Source of the DNA: Vulcanimicrobiota bacterium | GTDB lineage: Bacteria > Vulcanimicrobiota > Vulcanimicrobiia > Eremiobacterales > Eremiobacteraceae | NCBI GenBank assembly: GCA_963812135.1 | Contig: CAWETU010000001.1 | Coordinates: 896,001 to 960,000, forward strand | Direction: 5' to 3' | DNA length: 64,000 nucleotides | Part shown: positions 28,012 to 37,599 of the stretch, piece by piece | How positions within the stretch are numbered: the first letter of the stretch is position 1 | How the letters are laid out: the number at the start of each line of letters is the position of its first letter | Translations under genes and position numbers: made by a program | The notes under the pieces: model-generated | What the model saw: the letters and a program-made list of their open reading frames with translations, nothing else | Databases searched by the model: none | Told to the model about the DNA's origin: nothing

Positions 28012-28518
28012 ATGATACAGGTCATCCAGACGGATTTCCCGGAGGCGCTGATCTTCGTCCCAGACGTATTTCCCGACGCGCGCGGTTTCTTCAAAGAGAC
28101 GTATGCCCGCGACAAATACGCGTCGCTGGGCTTGCGCGAGGAGTGGCTTCAGGACAGCGTCTCGCGATCGCGCCGCAACGTCGTCCGCGGCATGCACTAC
28201 GACATGCGTATGGCGAAGCTCGTCCAGTGCCTCGACGGCCGCATTTTCGACGTCATCGTGGACGTGCGCGAAGGATCCCCGACGTTCCATCGCTGGCAAG
28301 GCTTCGAGCTGAGCGCCGACAACCATCACCAGCTGCTCGTGCCGCGTGGTTTCGCGCACGGCTTCTTGGCGCTCGAAGACAGCCTCGTGCACTACAAGAT
28401 GACCGCGCTGTTCGATCCCGCGCACGAAGGCGTCCTGAGCTGGAAGGATCCCTCGGTCGGCATCCGCTGGCCGCTCACCGGCGAGCCGATCCTCTCGCCC
28501 AAAGACGCCAATGCCTGA
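28012..28518 (+). CDS. rfbC: dTDP-4-dehydrorhamnose 3,5-epimerase
   Basis: 'DARGFFKE', 'VRGMHY', 'FDVIVDVREGSPTF', 'VPRGFAHGF', 'ILSPKD'. Confidence 0.92.
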   Translation: MIQVIQTDFPEALIFVPDVFPDARGFFKETYARDKYASLGLREEWLQDSVSRSRRNVVRGMHYDMRMAKLVQCLDGRIFDVIVDVREGSPTFHRWQGFELSADNHHQLLVPRGFAHGFLALEDSLVHYKMTALFDPAHEGVLSWKDPSVGIRWPLTGEPILSPKDANA

Positions 28519-28723
28519 CCGAGCGGACCGGCTCACCGACTTGATCGCGGCGCTGGGCGAGCATATCGTGGATCTCGAGCGGCGCGTGAGCGCGCTCGAA
28601 TCCGGCACCGCTCCGCCGAAACGGATCGCCGCGTCCGATCTGCGCCGCATCGCGAAGGCGCTGATGCGGTTGTCGCTCGGCGCGCCGGACGACCCCGGCA
28701 CGACGCGCAAGAGGAGCACTTGA
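28511..28723 (+). CDS. Small hypothetical coiled-coil protein
   Basis: 70-aa ORF overlapping both neighbours, consistent with translational coupling. Confidence 0.55.
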   Translation: MPDRADRLTDLIAALGEHIVDLERRVSALESGTAPPKRIAASDLRRIAKALMRLSLGAPDDPGTTRKRST

Positions 28724-30144
28724 TGGGTCTCTTCGTCACCCGTTCGATCGACGCGCTCAACAAAGAGACGGAGGAGATAGAAGGCCCAAGGCTCCGGCGC
28801 GCGCTCGGCCCATGGGCGCTCATCGCGTTCGGTCTGGGCAGCATGGTCGGCGGCGGTATTTTTGCGACGATCGGTCTGGGCGTCCACACCTACGCCGGGC
28901 CGTCGGTCGTGCTCTCATTTATTTTAGCCGGATTAGCGTGTCTCTTCGCGGCGTTCGCGTATGCCGAGATCGCGTCGATGGTACCGGTCGCGGGCAGCGC
29001 GTATACGTATACGTACGCGACCCTCGGCGAGATCGTGGCGTGGGTCGTTGGCTGGAACCTTATCCTTGAGTACGCGCTCTCGGCGGCGCCCGACGCGAAC
29101 ATCCTCTCGCAGAACGCGCAGCAGTGGCTTGCACAGTTCAACATCCACTTACCGCTCTGGGCGACGGCGTTCTACTCGCCCTCGCAACACACGGTGTTCG
29201 ACGTGCTCGCATTCCTGTCGTGCGTGGTGGTCGGGCTGTTGGTCGCCGTCGGCATCCGCGAATCCGCCGGCACGAACTCGGTGCTGGTTTTCCTCAAGAT
29301 GGGCGTGCTTGTGCTGTTCATCATCGTCGCGATTCCGTTTTTCCATCCGGCCAATATGCATCCGTTCGCGACGCATGGCGTGCACGGCATCATCGGTGCG
29401 GCGTTCATCGTGTTCTTCGCGTTCATCGGCTTCGACGCCATCACGACGACGGCCGAAGAGGCGAAGAACCCGCAGCGTGACTTGCCGATGGCGATCCTCG
29501 GAGCGTTGGGCCTGGGTGCGTTATTCTATGTCGCGATCGCGATCACGTTGACGGGCATGGTGCCCGCAACCCACGTGGACGAGAACACGCCGCTCTCCAG
29601 CGCGTGGGTGTCGGTCGGACTCGCCAAGTGGGCGTGGATCATGAACTGGGGCGCGTTTTTCGGCGCAGTGTCGATCATCCTGACGGCGTTCATCGGCCAG
29701 GCCCGGATCTTCTACGTCATGGCGCGCGACGGGCTCTTGCCGAAGAGCGTCGCCAAGATCCACCCGGTGTTCCGGACGCCCGCGCGCATGACGATCATCA
29801 TGAGCGTCGTGGTCGGCGTGCTCGCCGCGATGTTCGATCTGAACACCCTGCTCGATTTCGTCAACATCGGCACGCTCGCTGCGTTCATCTGCGTGTGCAT
29901 CGGCGTCATCATCTTGCGCTACACGCAGCCGGATCGGCCCAGACTCTTCAGATCGCCGTTTGTGCCGGTCTTCCCGGCGCTCGGCGTCATTTTGTCGCTA
30001 ATACTCGTCTTCTACGGAACGGATTGGATCGTCTGGGTGCGCTTCGGCGTGTGGATGCTGCTCGGCTTCGTCGTCTACGCGCTCTACGGGTATCGCCATT
30101 CGGAAGCGCGCAAGCAAGCGCTCGCGGCGGAGCAAACGAAGTAG
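28723..30144 (+). CDS. APC family amino acid permease (cationic amino acid transporter-like)
   Basis: 'LRRALG', 'PVAGSAYTYTY', 'FFAFIGFD...EEAKNPQRD', 'MARDGLLP', 'YGYRHS'. Confidence 0.93.
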   Translation: MGLFVTRSIDALNKETEEIEGPRLRRALGPWALIAFGLGSMVGGGIFATIGLGVHTYAGPSVVLSFILAGLACLFAAFAYAEIASMVPVAGSAYTYTYATLGEIVAWVVGWNLILEYALSAAPDANILSQNAQQWLAQFNIHLPLWATAFYSPSQHTVFDVLAFLSCVVVGLLVAVGIRESAGTNSVLVFLKMGVLVLFIIVAIPFFHPANMHPFATHGVHGIIGAAFIVFFAFIGFDAITTTAEEAKNPQRDLPMAILGALGLGALFYVAIAITLTGMVPATHVDENTPLSSAWVSVGLAKWAWIMNWGAFFGAVSIILTAFIGQARIFYVMARDGLLPKSVAKIHPVFRTPARMTIIMSVVVGVLAAMFDLNTLLDFVNIGTLAAFICVCIGVIILRYTQPDRPRLFRSPFVPVFPALGVILSLILVFYGTDWIVWVRFGVWMLLGFVVYALYGYRHSEARKQALAAEQTK

Positions 30145-30164
30145 CGGTCGAATTTACTCGATCG
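30141..30164 (+). repeat. REP-like palindrome copy 2; its TAG is the permease stop codon
   Basis: gtagcggtcgaatttactcgatcg. Confidence 0.8.
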
Positions 30165-30166
30165 TC

Positions 30167-31060
30167 CTAGTGGGTGATGGGCGCTTCGACGGTGCTGTTG
30201 TCCGTCTGCGGGCTTGCCGCGAGCGACGAGGGGTCGAGTTCGACGACGTAGTGCTGATGATCGTCGACGGTGCCGCCGTGATGCGACGCTGCGCTGATCC
30301 GCAACGTGTCGACCAGATCGACATCCATTGAGATCATGCGGTGGTTGGCGGGATCGTACTCGCCGTGCACGCTGATATGCGCTGTGCCCGTCGCGTAGCC
30401 AAGCGCCTCGCCCGTGTTGGAGACGATCGGTTCTTTCATCGGCGCGGTACCGGTCGCTTCGAGCTCGTAGACGTTGACTCCGAGCGCGAGATGCTGGCCC
30501 GTGATCTGGAAGTCCATGGTCGGACGCGCAGTCATGCCGTAAAGCTTGGTGCCGAGCTTGTCGGACCATTGAGTGCCGACCGCAAGATCCAAGCCCTCGT
30601 TGATCGATCGCTCGCCGAGAAACGGCAGCGGCAGCAAGAAAACGCCGCCGAGGTCGCCGGTGTCTTTGGCGATCGACCCGTCATCGCGGACCAGCGTCCA
30701 GCCATTGCCGGATTTCTTGCGCGATTGGTTGGAGACGACCGCCACGATGAGTCCGGATCGATGCAACGTGATGCCCTGCGGGCTGATCTGTTTGATGGAG
30801 ACATGTTCGCGTCCGTCGAGCGACGTCGGGGTGCCGGGTTGATCGATCCGTTTACCGAGCGAGTCGCTGGCGAGGATCGCCTGCATCATGCTGCCCCGAA
30901 CGGTGTAGTCGAACGCATCGCCGACGCGATGAGCGACGGGCTGACTGACGGGCGCTGCGGCGGTGACTCCGGCGGGCGCGGAGCTATTCGTATCGGCCAA
31001 TGCGCTAGCGGATCCAGCGAGCAAAAAGCACGCGGCGCATGCGCCGATGAGTCGATTCAA
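30167..31060 (-). CDS. Hypothetical secreted beta-rich protein
   Basis: Signal peptide 'MNRLIGACAACFLLAGSASALA'; 297 aa. Confidence 0.65.
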   Translation of the reverse strand: MNRLIGACAACFLLAGSASALADTNSSAPAGVTAAAPVSQPVAHRVGDAFDYTVRGSMMQAILASDSLGKRIDQPGTPTSLDGREHVSIKQISPQGITLHRSGLIVAVVSNQSRKKSGNGWTLVRDDGSIAKDTGDLGGVFLLPLPFLGERSINEGLDLAVGTQWSDKLGTKLYGMTARPTMDFQITGQHLALGVNVYELEATGTAPMKEPIVSNTGEALGYATGTAHISVHGEYDPANHRMISMDVDLVDTLRISAASHHGGTVDDHQHYVVELDPSSLAASPQTDNSTVEAPITH

Positions 31061-31191
31061 AATACGTTGGGCCTCCGAGGGTATATTTGCTCGCAGGTGA
31101 GAAGTCGGGGAATATTAAGTATCTTCGGCGTAACCTTGCCTTCGCCTTCGCTTAACACTGCAGAGCGGGACATGACATGAGGAGACAACAA

Positions 31192-31599
31192 ATGCGCCAT
31201 CTGAAGATTGTGACTACGGTCGCGTCGTTCGCGGTCGCCAGCGTTCTGTTCGGTTGCGGCGGCGGCTCGTCCAACAACAGCTCGAGTTCGACGACCGCGA
31301 CGAGCGCGCCGACGCCGACCAGCGTCGCGTATGCCGAACAGAATTCGCTCCCGCTCGCCGTTGCGATGAAGGTACCATCCGGCTTGAAGTGCGCTCCGGC
31401 GGATATCGTGTGGGCGAACATGCACACGAAGGCCTTCCACGATCCAGGCGATCCGTATTACGGCAAGACGAAGAACGGCGCGTACATGTGCCGCGCGACT
31501 GCCGAGGCGAACGGTTACCATGCGGCCGGCGCACGCCACACGCACATGGAGACGAATCGCATGAAGATGAACGCGAGTCCAGCGCCCGCGAGCACCTAA
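31192..31599 (+). CDS. Small lipoprotein (VWxN..FH..YYGKTK.G.YMC family)
   Basis: AGGAG RBS, lipobox LFGC. Confidence 0.7.
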   Translation: MRHLKIVTTVASFAVASVLFGCGGGSSNNSSSSTTATSAPTPTSVAYAEQNSLPLAVAMKVPSGLKCAPADIVWANMHTKAFHDPGDPYYGKTKNGAYMCRATAEANGYHAAGARHTHMETNRMKMNASPAPAST

Positions 31600-31608
31600 G
31601 ATCAGAGA

Positions 31609-31636
31609 AGGGGGTCGAATGAATTCGACCCCCTAG
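31609..31636 (-). repeat. REP-like palindrome variant copy 3 between convergent genes
   Basis: - strand CTAG-GGGGTCGAAT-TC-ATTCGACCCC, perfect stem sharing the GGTCGAAT core. Confidence 0.7.
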
Positions 31637-31639
31637 TCC

Positions 31640-32011
31640 CTAGTGTTCGCCGATGCTCGATACGTCCAGCGCGGCTGTACCGCACTCGCCTGCCGGCGCG
31701 TTGTTCAACGAGCCGAGCGCGACGACCATGTCGCCGTCATGCAATTGCTCGAGCGTCTGCTGCTTCACGAACAGGGCCACGCGACCGTCATAGAGCGATC
31801 GATGCTGCGCGTCGAAGACCACATATGCGCAGCCGTTGGGCCGCAGCGCAAGGCGGCCGGCGACCCACGAGAAATCCGAAGCGTGGCCGTACTGCGGATA
31901 GTTTCCCGTCACGAGCGGCAGCGGCGTGGATAACACGCGCGTGCCGCCATGCGAGCACGCGCCGCACGCAAGCGCAGCAAGGACGGCGACGGCGCCGCGC
32001 GTGATGCTCAG
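31640..32011 (-). CDS. Hypothetical lipoprotein (start uncertain, possibly CTG 32011)
   Basis: In-frame extension upstream of GTG 31936 reads LSITRGAVAVLAALACGACSHGG, a lipoprotein signal. Confidence 0.55.
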   Translation of the reverse strand: MSITRGAVAVLAALACGACSHGGTRVLSTPLPLVTGNYPQYGHASDFSWVAGRLALRPNGCAYVVFDAQHRSLYDGRVALFVKQQTLEQLHDGDMVVALGSLNNAPAGECGTAALDVSSIGEH

Positions 32012-32021
32012 ACTCGCGGAC

Positions 32022-34820
32022 CTAGATGTTGACGTCGAGCCGGAACCGCCCGAACGACGTCTCTGAGCTCAGCGCCGGATCGCGATCGTAATGGCGCTGG
32101 TAATTGAACTCGAACCCCGGCGCGAACTGCGGCGTGACGTGCCACGAGAGCAGGCCGGTGAGCGTCGCCGTATGGCCACCGGCCGTGAGCGCGCTCATGT
32201 TGACGTTCGTGAGCACGAACTTGGTCTCAAAATTGCGCGTGCCCGGCGAGAGCGGCTGGCCGCTCGTATTGGCGGCGGCCCGGCCGCCGAACGTGAACCC
32301 GTAGTTGACCGTCTCCGTGACCGTGCCGGTGGACGCTGCGCTCGTCGTGTCCGTCGCGTTGAGGCCGGCGCCCAGCGTATGCGCGCCGTTCGTGTACTGG
32401 TAGGTCACGACGCCGGTGCGCGTCGTCGAATACGATTCGGGCGCGAGCGAGTCGCTGACCGCTGATAGCGTGCCGGTCACGGCGATGCTCGATATGCCGC
32501 TTTTCGAAATGCCGACGTTCACCGTCTTCGTGACCGCATTGGATCCAGGCGCCGCGGCCGTGTCGCGTTCCAGACCGAACGTGACGCCGGCCCATTTCGG
32601 CGTGATGTTGAACGTCGCGTTCGCATTGGTGGTGTCGGAGAACAACGAACGCACGGCGTCGTGTCCGTACGTGACCGCGAGCGTTGAGATCGGCGAAGTT
32701 TGCATGTTCAGCGCGGCGGCCCCGCCCGCGCGATCCGACAGCGCCGATGCGCCGCTGAGCGTGCCGAATTGCGGTCCGGCGTTATGGTACTGCACGTCGA
32801 GACTCGTCGCGCCGAGCGTGTACGTGAGATCGGTCTGATCCACAGAGTCGTTGAGGGCGGGCATGCCGCCCGTCTCCGGCTGCGTATTGGACCGGCCGCC
32901 GGTCAACAGAGCCCGCAGATGCGGCGTGAGCTGCTCGGTCCACTCGAAGACGCCGGCGCTGACGTCGAGCGGGCCCATCGTCCCCGTTTGCACGAATTTG
33001 TTCACGTTATCCTGATTTCGCGAAAACGCGACTCTAAACGAGTCCGCGCCCGCTTCCCATGCTTTGATCACGTCAAGAAGCTCGCCGGTCCGCTCGGTCG
33101 TGTCCTCGCTCGGCAGCTGGAAGTAGCCGCCGCCGCCGTGGAAGGTCCAACCCGACATCAACGCATACGTGGCGTCGACGCCCCGTATCGTCTCCTTGCT
33201 GCCGATGACTGAGGGCATCGCGGCGTCGGTGCGCCCGACTACATCTTTGAATGTCAGCGACGGTGTTGCGGGCGCCGGAGCGGGTGCCGGCGCCGGAGCC
33301 GGCGTGGGCTGCGGCGTCACCGCCGGCGGCGCTTGTTGCGGCGCCGAACCGCCTGTGGTGGTCTGGCCAGCCGGCGCTGGCGTCGGTTGCGGCGTCGCGC
33401 TCGTGGCGGCGATCGAATCGGGCTGCGCGTCCATCGACGACGTCTGGGTCGGGGATTGCGGCGGCTTGGTCGCGGGAGCCGTCGCCGAGCCTGACGGCTC
33501 TGGCGTCTTCATGCCACCTGGCGACGGCGTCGCTTGCGGCGAGGGCAATGGAGCCTCACTATTGGTCGGCGGCGGTGGCACGTGGCCGCTGTCCCCTTGC
33601 GTCGTCGTCGACGAGGGTGCGGCAGTTGCGTCCGGCGCGGTGATCGGCGCCGGCGTGGCCGACTGAAGTACGACGAGCGGATCGACTTTTTTGGACACGG
33701 GGTCGAACAGGCCGGTCAACAGAAGCTCTTCGGTCGACCACTCGACCGCGGTCGTCATGCCAAGGTTGACGTTGTAGCCGCCGCGATTGGTGCCCGAGTT
33801 CGTCAGGATCGCGCCGCTCGCATGGAACGCGTTGTTGATATGCGGCGCCGGATCTGGCCCGCCGATGATCTGCAGCGGCTGAGCCCGGCCGACCGCGACG
33901 GTGCCGCCTTGATTGACGCGCACGTACACGCGCACGACGTAGTTCCCACCCGCGTCCGCCGGCACGGTATAGGGGATCATCACGGTCTGCACGCTGTTGA
34001 CGTTTTGCTGCGTGAACGGCAGCGCGAATGGATCGCTGCGCTGGATGACGTTGCCCTTCGTGTCGGCAAGCTCGACGATCGCTTGCAACGGGCTGACGCC
34101 GGTCGGTCCAAGCACGAACGGCGTGAAGATCCGATAGGTCAGCGCGATCGATGTGTCTGCGCCCGCGAGCACGGGCGAGCCGACCAAGAACGACGAGTAG
34201 ACCTGACCGATCGGCACGTTGACGGGATTGGCTGAGACCGAGACCACTGCGCTCGCGAAGGTCACGCCTTCGCCGACCACCAGCAGGCGCGCCGTGTAGA
34301 CGCCCGGGTTCTGGTACCGATGCACGATTTGATTGAAAGCGGCAGGCGCGGGCGCCGACTGGCCGTCGCCGAAGTCGACGAATGCACCCGGCAACGGCGC
34401 GCCCGTCGTCGCCGTGAAGTTCACGGCTTGGCCCGCGATCACACTCGACGGATTCGCCGTCAGCGAGAACGTCGCTGGGTTCAGGATCGTCACCGAAGTC
34501 GTGGCGATCGGAAGGGGGTTGCCGGGCCGGAACAGAGTCACCGTGAAAGTGCCGGGATCCCCGTAGGAGTGCATGGCCACCGCGGGATACGCCGGCCCGG
34601 TATCTTGTGAGAACCCGTCGCCGAAATGAATAATCGTCGGTACCCCGGCCGGACCTATGACGGTGAATGAGATCGTCTGTCCGACAAGGGCGATGTTGGC
34701 GTTCGGCGTGACACTCTGGGCGTTCGCGACGACCGGCACCGACCACGCGATAAGGACCAACGCAGCCGGCAGCGCGATGCGGCGCACAAAAATGAAAAGA
34801 CCGCGCGTGAGATGCTGCAT
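32022..34820 (-). CDS. Large secreted protein with two PKD domains, Pro/Thr linker and probable C-terminal beta-barrel
   Basis: 'FGDG...HSYGDPGTFTVTL' and 'DFGDG...HRYQNPGVYTARL' PKD motifs; alternating beta pattern ending 'FGRFRLDVNI'. Confidence 0.7.
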   Translation of the reverse strand: MQHLTRGLFIFVRRIALPAALVLIAWSVPVVANAQSVTPNANIALVGQTISFTVIGPAGVPTIIHFGDGFSQDTGPAYPAVAMHSYGDPGTFTVTLFRPGNPLPIATTSVTILNPATFSLTANPSSVIAGQAVNFTATTGAPLPGAFVDFGDGQSAPAPAAFNQIVHRYQNPGVYTARLLVVGEGVTFASAVVSVSANPVNVPIGQVYSSFLVGSPVLAGADTSIALTYRIFTPFVLGPTGVSPLQAIVELADTKGNVIQRSDPFALPFTQQNVNSVQTVMIPYTVPADAGGNYVVRVYVRVNQGGTVAVGRAQPLQIIGGPDPAPHINNAFHASGAILTNSGTNRGGYNVNLGMTTAVEWSTEELLLTGLFDPVSKKVDPLVVLQSATPAPITAPDATAAPSSTTTQGDSGHVPPPPTNSEAPLPSPQATPSPGGMKTPEPSGSATAPATKPPQSPTQTSSMDAQPDSIAATSATPQPTPAPAGQTTTGGSAPQQAPPAVTPQPTPAPAPAPAPAPATPSLTFKDVVGRTDAAMPSVIGSKETIRGVDATYALMSGWTFHGGGGYFQLPSEDTTERTGELLDVIKAWEAGADSFRVAFSRNQDNVNKFVQTGTMGPLDVSAGVFEWTEQLTPHLRALLTGGRSNTQPETGGMPALNDSVDQTDLTYTLGATSLDVQYHNAGPQFGTLSGASALSDRAGGAAALNMQTSPISTLAVTYGHDAVRSLFSDTTNANATFNITPKWAGVTFGLERDTAAAPGSNAVTKTVNVGISKSGISSIAVTGTLSAVSDSLAPESYSTTRTGVVTYQYTNGAHTLGAGLNATDTTSAASTGTVTETVNYGFTFGGRAAANTSGQPLSPGTRNFETKFVLTNVNMSALTAGGHTATLTGLLSWHVTPQFAPGFEFNYQRHYDRDPALSSETSFGRFRLDVNI

Positions 34821-34922
34821 CTAAAAACACCCGAGGCCGTGTCGTGGACCAACCGAGTCGTCGTCCGGCGGACGTGCGCCTGTTCCAATGATTCGCCGTC
34901 CTTTCCTTTGAAAGTCCTGGCG

Positions 34923-37595
34923 ATGAGCTCGCGCTTGCTTGCTATTTGCGTTGTCACGTCGATGTTCGCAGTACCCGCGTCCGCGCGCGGCGATGTCACC
35001 GCCACCGCCGCCACGCTTTCGAACGGTTTGACCGTGATCGTCGCGCCGGTGCACGCCGCGCCGGTGGCGACGGTCGGCGTGCTGTATAAGGCCGGCTCGC
35101 GCGATGAGACGCCGTGGACGACGGGCGTGGCGCATCAGGTCGAGCACATGATGTTCAAAGGCACAACCGACCTGCTCAAGCCCGGCGACATCGACCGGCG
35201 ATTCTACGACAATCAAGCGACGACGGACCAGGACTCGACGTACTACTACGAGTCGTTCCACAAGGACGAGCTCGCGAGCGCGTTGGAAGTCGAAGCCGAT
35301 CGGATGCTCAACGCGGCGATCGATCCTGCGCAGTTGCGCGCCGAGAACGCCGTCGTGCTTGCCGAGCTGGAGAACGCCGACAACAGCCCAGCCGAGCTGC
35401 TCGATGAACAGGTCGGCGCGACCGCGATGCAAGCGCATCAGTATCACTGGCCGACCATCGGTTGGAAGAGCGTGGTCGCCACCTTCGCCACGCGGCGCGA
35501 CCTCGTCTACGATTTCTACGCGCACCACTATGCGCCGCAGAACGCCGTGCTCGTGGTGGCGGGCGACGTCGACGCCGACGCGGCTATGGCGCTGGTCCAT
35601 CATTATTTCGACGGCGTCGCGCAGCGGCCGGTTGCGCCGCTCGAGCGCATCGTCGAGCCGCGCCAGGCAGGAGTGCGCCGCTTCAACATCTCGGGTGCCG
35701 GCTCTTCGGACCGCATCGAGATGGCGTATCACGTGCCAGGCGCGTTCGGCGAGGATGGTTACGTCCTCCAAGTGCTCGATGCGGTGCTCGCGACCGGGCA
35801 ATCATCGCGTCTGTATCAATCGCTCGTCGGTGGCGGCTACGCTACCGATCTCACCACGACTCCCAATCAGACGGTCGACCCATTCATCTACACGATTTCG
35901 GCGACGCTGTCGGACGGCGTCTCGCACGACAGTGCGCGAGCCGTCGCCGAGCGCGAGCTGCGCGATCTGGCCGATACCCCCGTCTCCGACGCCGACCTGC
36001 GCAAGGGCAAGAAGCAGGTCATCGCGAGCTACGTCTATAGCCACGACGGCATCGAGGCGCTGGCGCAATCGCTGGCGCGCTGGCAGGCGTGGACGGGCGA
36101 CTGGCACAACGACGCGCGTTTCGCAGCGCGCATCGAGGCGGTGAGCGCGGCGCAGATCAGACAGTTCGCACGCCGTTATCTGGTTTCCGACAACCTCACA
36201 ATCGGCACGTACACCGCGCGAAGCTCCGGAGCGCCTGCGCCGCGCACGCGCGTCCACGGGCATCGGATGCCCGAGCGCGTGCGCATCAGGCCCTTCGCGC
36301 CGGCGCGGCTGGGCTCGCGCTCGATCGCGGCTGCCACCGAGGAGTCTTCAGCCGGCGGCCCGCAGCGCTTCGTCTTGCCGAACGGCATGATCTTGATCGT
36401 TCAAGAGAATCACGCCAACGCCAGCGCAGTCATCGAGACGAGCACGCAGGCGGGCAGCGCATTCGACCCGCCGAGCGAATCGGGACTTGCCGCGCTGACG
36501 GAAGAAATGCTGATGCGCGGCACGACGAACAGGCCCTACGACCGGCTGCAGAGCGCGTTCGACTTGCTGGCGCTCACCGTCAATGCGGCCAATTCTATGT
36601 CCGACGCGACGTTTTCGACGCAGATGCTATCGGCGGATGAGCCAAAGGCGATGGCGTTGCTCGCGGACATCTTGATGCACCCGGCGTTCGATCCCATCGA
36701 TTTCACGCAAGCCAAGGAACAGCTCATCGCGGACCGGCGCAGCGATCGCGACGATCCGGCCGTCGTCGCGCGCGACGCGCTCTTCCGCGCGCTGTATCCC
36801 GCCTCGAATCCGTGGTCGCAGCCGAGCGTCGGAACGCCAGATGGCCTCGCGCGCGTGCGACTCCGCGACGCGGTCAGCGACTATCGCGCGCACTACGGTC
36901 CGAACGACACCGTGGTCGTCGTCACGGGCGACGTCGAGGCGGATGCGATCCGCGCGCAGGTCGCCGGCATTTTCGGGAACTGGGCGCGCATCAAGGCGCA
37001 GACGATCGAATTGCGAGGCCCGGTGGCGCCGGTCGCCAGACGGATCGACGCGACCGTCGCGGGGGCGGCGCAGGTCGAACTGTACGCGGGCGCGCCTGGG
37101 CTGCCCCAAGGCGCGACGGACTACGATGCGGCGCAACTGATGAACTTCGTGCTCGGCGGAGGATCGTTTATCTCAAAGATGCTGCACCAGGTGCGCGACG
37201 TGGACGGCTACGTCTACAACATCGAGGCGCGCTTCGCCGACAGCGCGGCCGGCGGCGGGCCGTGGGTCATGTCGTTCGGCGCGAACCGGCGCGACGCAGA
37301 CAAGGCGCTTGCCGAATCGATCGGCCAGATGCGCGCGCTGCAGCGCGACGGCGTCAGCGACGCCGAGCTGGCGGACTACCGGCGCCTGGCGGCTGACGCG
37401 GTGATCACCGGCGAGCTGAGCGATCAAGGTCTTGCCGACGAGCTGCTGAGCGACGAACTGCTCGGACTCGGCCTCGACCACGCGCAACGCCTGCCGCAGA
37501 TCTACGGCGCGATCGCGCCCGCGCAGATCCAAGCGGCCGCGCAGAAATATCTTCATCCGGATGCGTTGACGGTCTCCACCGCTGGCCCGCCGTAA
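34923..37595 (+). CDS. M16 (pitrilysin/PqqL-like) zinc peptidase, secreted
   Basis: Inverted HxxEH motif 'AHQVEHMMFKG', 'YAPQNAVLVVAGD', second degenerate M16 module. Confidence 0.9.
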   Translation: MSSRLLAICVVTSMFAVPASARGDVTATAATLSNGLTVIVAPVHAAPVATVGVLYKAGSRDETPWTTGVAHQVEHMMFKGTTDLLKPGDIDRRFYDNQATTDQDSTYYYESFHKDELASALEVEADRMLNAAIDPAQLRAENAVVLAELENADNSPAELLDEQVGATAMQAHQYHWPTIGWKSVVATFATRRDLVYDFYAHHYAPQNAVLVVAGDVDADAAMALVHHYFDGVAQRPVAPLERIVEPRQAGVRRFNISGAGSSDRIEMAYHVPGAFGEDGYVLQVLDAVLATGQSSRLYQSLVGGGYATDLTTTPNQTVDPFIYTISATLSDGVSHDSARAVAERELRDLADTPVSDADLRKGKKQVIASYVYSHDGIEALAQSLARWQAWTGDWHNDARFAARIEAVSAAQIRQFARRYLVSDNLTIGTYTARSSGAPAPRTRVHGHRMPERVRIRPFAPARLGSRSIAAATEESSAGGPQRFVLPNGMILIVQENHANASAVIETSTQAGSAFDPPSESGLAALTEEMLMRGTTNRPYDRLQSAFDLLALTVNAANSMSDATFSTQMLSADEPKAMALLADILMHPAFDPIDFTQAKEQLIADRRSDRDDPAVVARDALFRALYPASNPWSQPSVGTPDGLARVRLRDAVSDYRAHYGPNDTVVVVTGDVEADAIRAQVAGIFGNWARIKAQTIELRGPVAPVARRIDATVAGAAQVELYAGAPGLPQGATDYDAAQLMNFVLGGGSFISKMLHQVRDVDGYVYNIEARFADSAAGGGPWVMSFGANRRDADKALAESIGQMRALQRDGVSDAELADYRRLAADAVITGELSDQGLADELLSDELLGLGLDHAQRLPQIYGAIAPAQIQAAAQKYLHPDALTVSTAGPP

Positions 37596-37599
37596 GGGG

